Positions 62,770 through 64,000 of a stretch of 64,000 bases of DNA are shown piece after piece. The notes under the pieces are model-generated. The model did no database searches, was not told the DNA's origin, and was given only the letters and a program-made list of their open reading frames with translations. The position numbers and the translations under genes are program-made. Position 1 is the stretch's first letter. Each line of letters begins with the position of its first letter. The DNA is from Camelus ferus (lineage: Eukaryota): assembly GCF_009834535.1 (NCBI RefSeq), contig NC_045697.1:104782001-104846000 (forward strand). The letters are read 5' to 3'.

Positions 62770-62940
62770 TTAAACAACAAGGTCCTACTGTACAGCACAG
62801 GGAACTATATTCAGTATCTTGTAATAACCTATAATGATAAAGAATATGAAAAAGAATATATATGTATAACTGAGTGACTGTGCTATACACCAGAAACTGA
62901 CACAACATTGTAAATCAACTATACGTCAATTTAAAAAAAA
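62770..62940 (+). mobile_element. L1 3' tail with A tail
   Basis: taaacaacaaggtcctactgtacagcacagggaactatattcagtatcttgtaataacctataatg...cacaacattgtaaatcaactatac...aaaaaaaa. Confidence 0.9.
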
Positions 62941-63019
62941 TACTTGGTGGTTAAAATAAAATACCTTTTACCTCTTGGGAGGAACTTTCATGACATTCTC
63001 TCACTGGTACACCCTAGGG

Positions 63020-63288
63020 CAGTAGCTCTCAAGGCCTGGTCCCTGGACCCTCAGTGGCAGTATCACCTGGGAACTTGTTAGGAATGCAAATTCTTGGACC
63101 TTACCCCAGACCTCCTGAATCAGGAGTGGGGCCCATCGGGCTGTGTTCTTTTTTTTTTTTTTTAAAGGGAAAGTGAGTTTATTTAGAAAGATAAACATTC
63201 CGTAGACCATTTCAGAAGGTGAGCCCCCAGGCTGTGGTCTAATAAGCCTTCCAGGTTATTGTGAAACATGCCGAGATCAGAACCCCTG
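63020..63288 (+). mobile_element. MER5A (hAT-Charlie) interrupted by an 80-bp retroposed insert
   Basis: cagtagctctcaag...atcacctgggaacttgttaggaatgcaaattct...ccccagacctcctgaatcag...[insert]...taataagccttccaggt...agaacccctg. Confidence 0.85.
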
Positions 63289-64000
63289 GCCTCAGGCGCC
63301 AGCTGCCCTGGCATTTGCAGTCTTGCAGCTGAATGTCTGAAAGGTAGAAACACTGTCAATTGCTTGTTGATGACTTTATGTCTCCCAGGAGATTACAGTA
63401 GTCTCTAAGACCCTGCGCTTTTACCTGTCGTTTCCAAAGGATTTTGGACTAGATTTAGTTTGTTTGTTTCAATGGGACAAGTTTCTGCTGTTAGGAATTT
63501 TAGTGTTATTCAATTTGTGTTTCGCATTGCTTTTGAGTTCCTATAATGTGAACTCATTACATGCCATTGGAAAGACTGTGCCTTTATTGTCATCTAATTT
63601 TATTTTATATGGTATATCAAGCCTGTTTTAATCAGTTCTTTTACAGATAACAGTGACACATTTTTTTATGCAGACTAAGGTTGGCGTGTGCATTCCGATG
63701 GGGAAAAATCCATTTTAAACCTAAGAAGACATTTCTCAGTTTAGTTTCAAAGTTGTCAATGATCTAAATTTATGAAGGGTTTTTTCTCCTTGGAACTGAC
63801 CTTTACCATTTGACAACATTGTTTTTTTTTTGTTGTTGTTCAAATAAATCCTGCCCCCTCCACCACCACCTTCGCTTGTAAACCCAGTATAATTCAGTCA
63901 GTTGCCAATGTCATTGTGAAACCTGTTTTTCAGGAATGCACCTTGTGGGAGTTGGATTTTTTCTGACCTAGAATCCTATAGAGGTTACAGTCAGGACTGC

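Noticed and set aside
1..64000. CRISPR arrays, operons, prophage or defence systems, rRNA
   Set aside because: The sequence is mammalian intronic DNA. I saw no regularly spaced repeat-spacer array, gene-dense segment or foreign-looking insert.

Overview
Mammalian genomic DNA, not microbial. It is very likely from a camelid, because several tRNA-Ala-derived SINEs match the camelid vic-1 type as I recall it. The whole window appears to lie inside ARHGAP10 (GRAF2; BAR-PH-RhoGAP-SH3) on the + strand. About 55.9 kb of a long intron (presumably intron 1) is followed by two coding exons at 55899-55994 (96 nt) and 56070-56131 (62 nt), which encode BAR-domain sequence and are separated by a 75-nt intron. 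About 7.9 kb of the next intron follows. The rest is interspersed repeats: about 13 younger L1 3' fragments, older L1M, L2, MIR, MaLR and ERV LTRs, Tigger/MER DNA transposons and SINEs, many nested and some with readable target-site duplications. Nearly all ORFs in the supplied track are repeat-derived or chance ORFs. I found no convincing new multi-gene system. The best leads are (1) a 69-nt near-perfect non-repeat hairpin at 25363-25431, (2) a tiny polyadenylated LTR-transcript retrocopy inside a MER5A at 63150-63229, (3) inverted L1 tails that could form dsRNA or bracket the two exons for back-splicing, and (4) candidate recursive or cryptic splice sites. Repeat family names come from recalled consensus motifs, not a database search. 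Repeat boundaries without a TSD are approximate.
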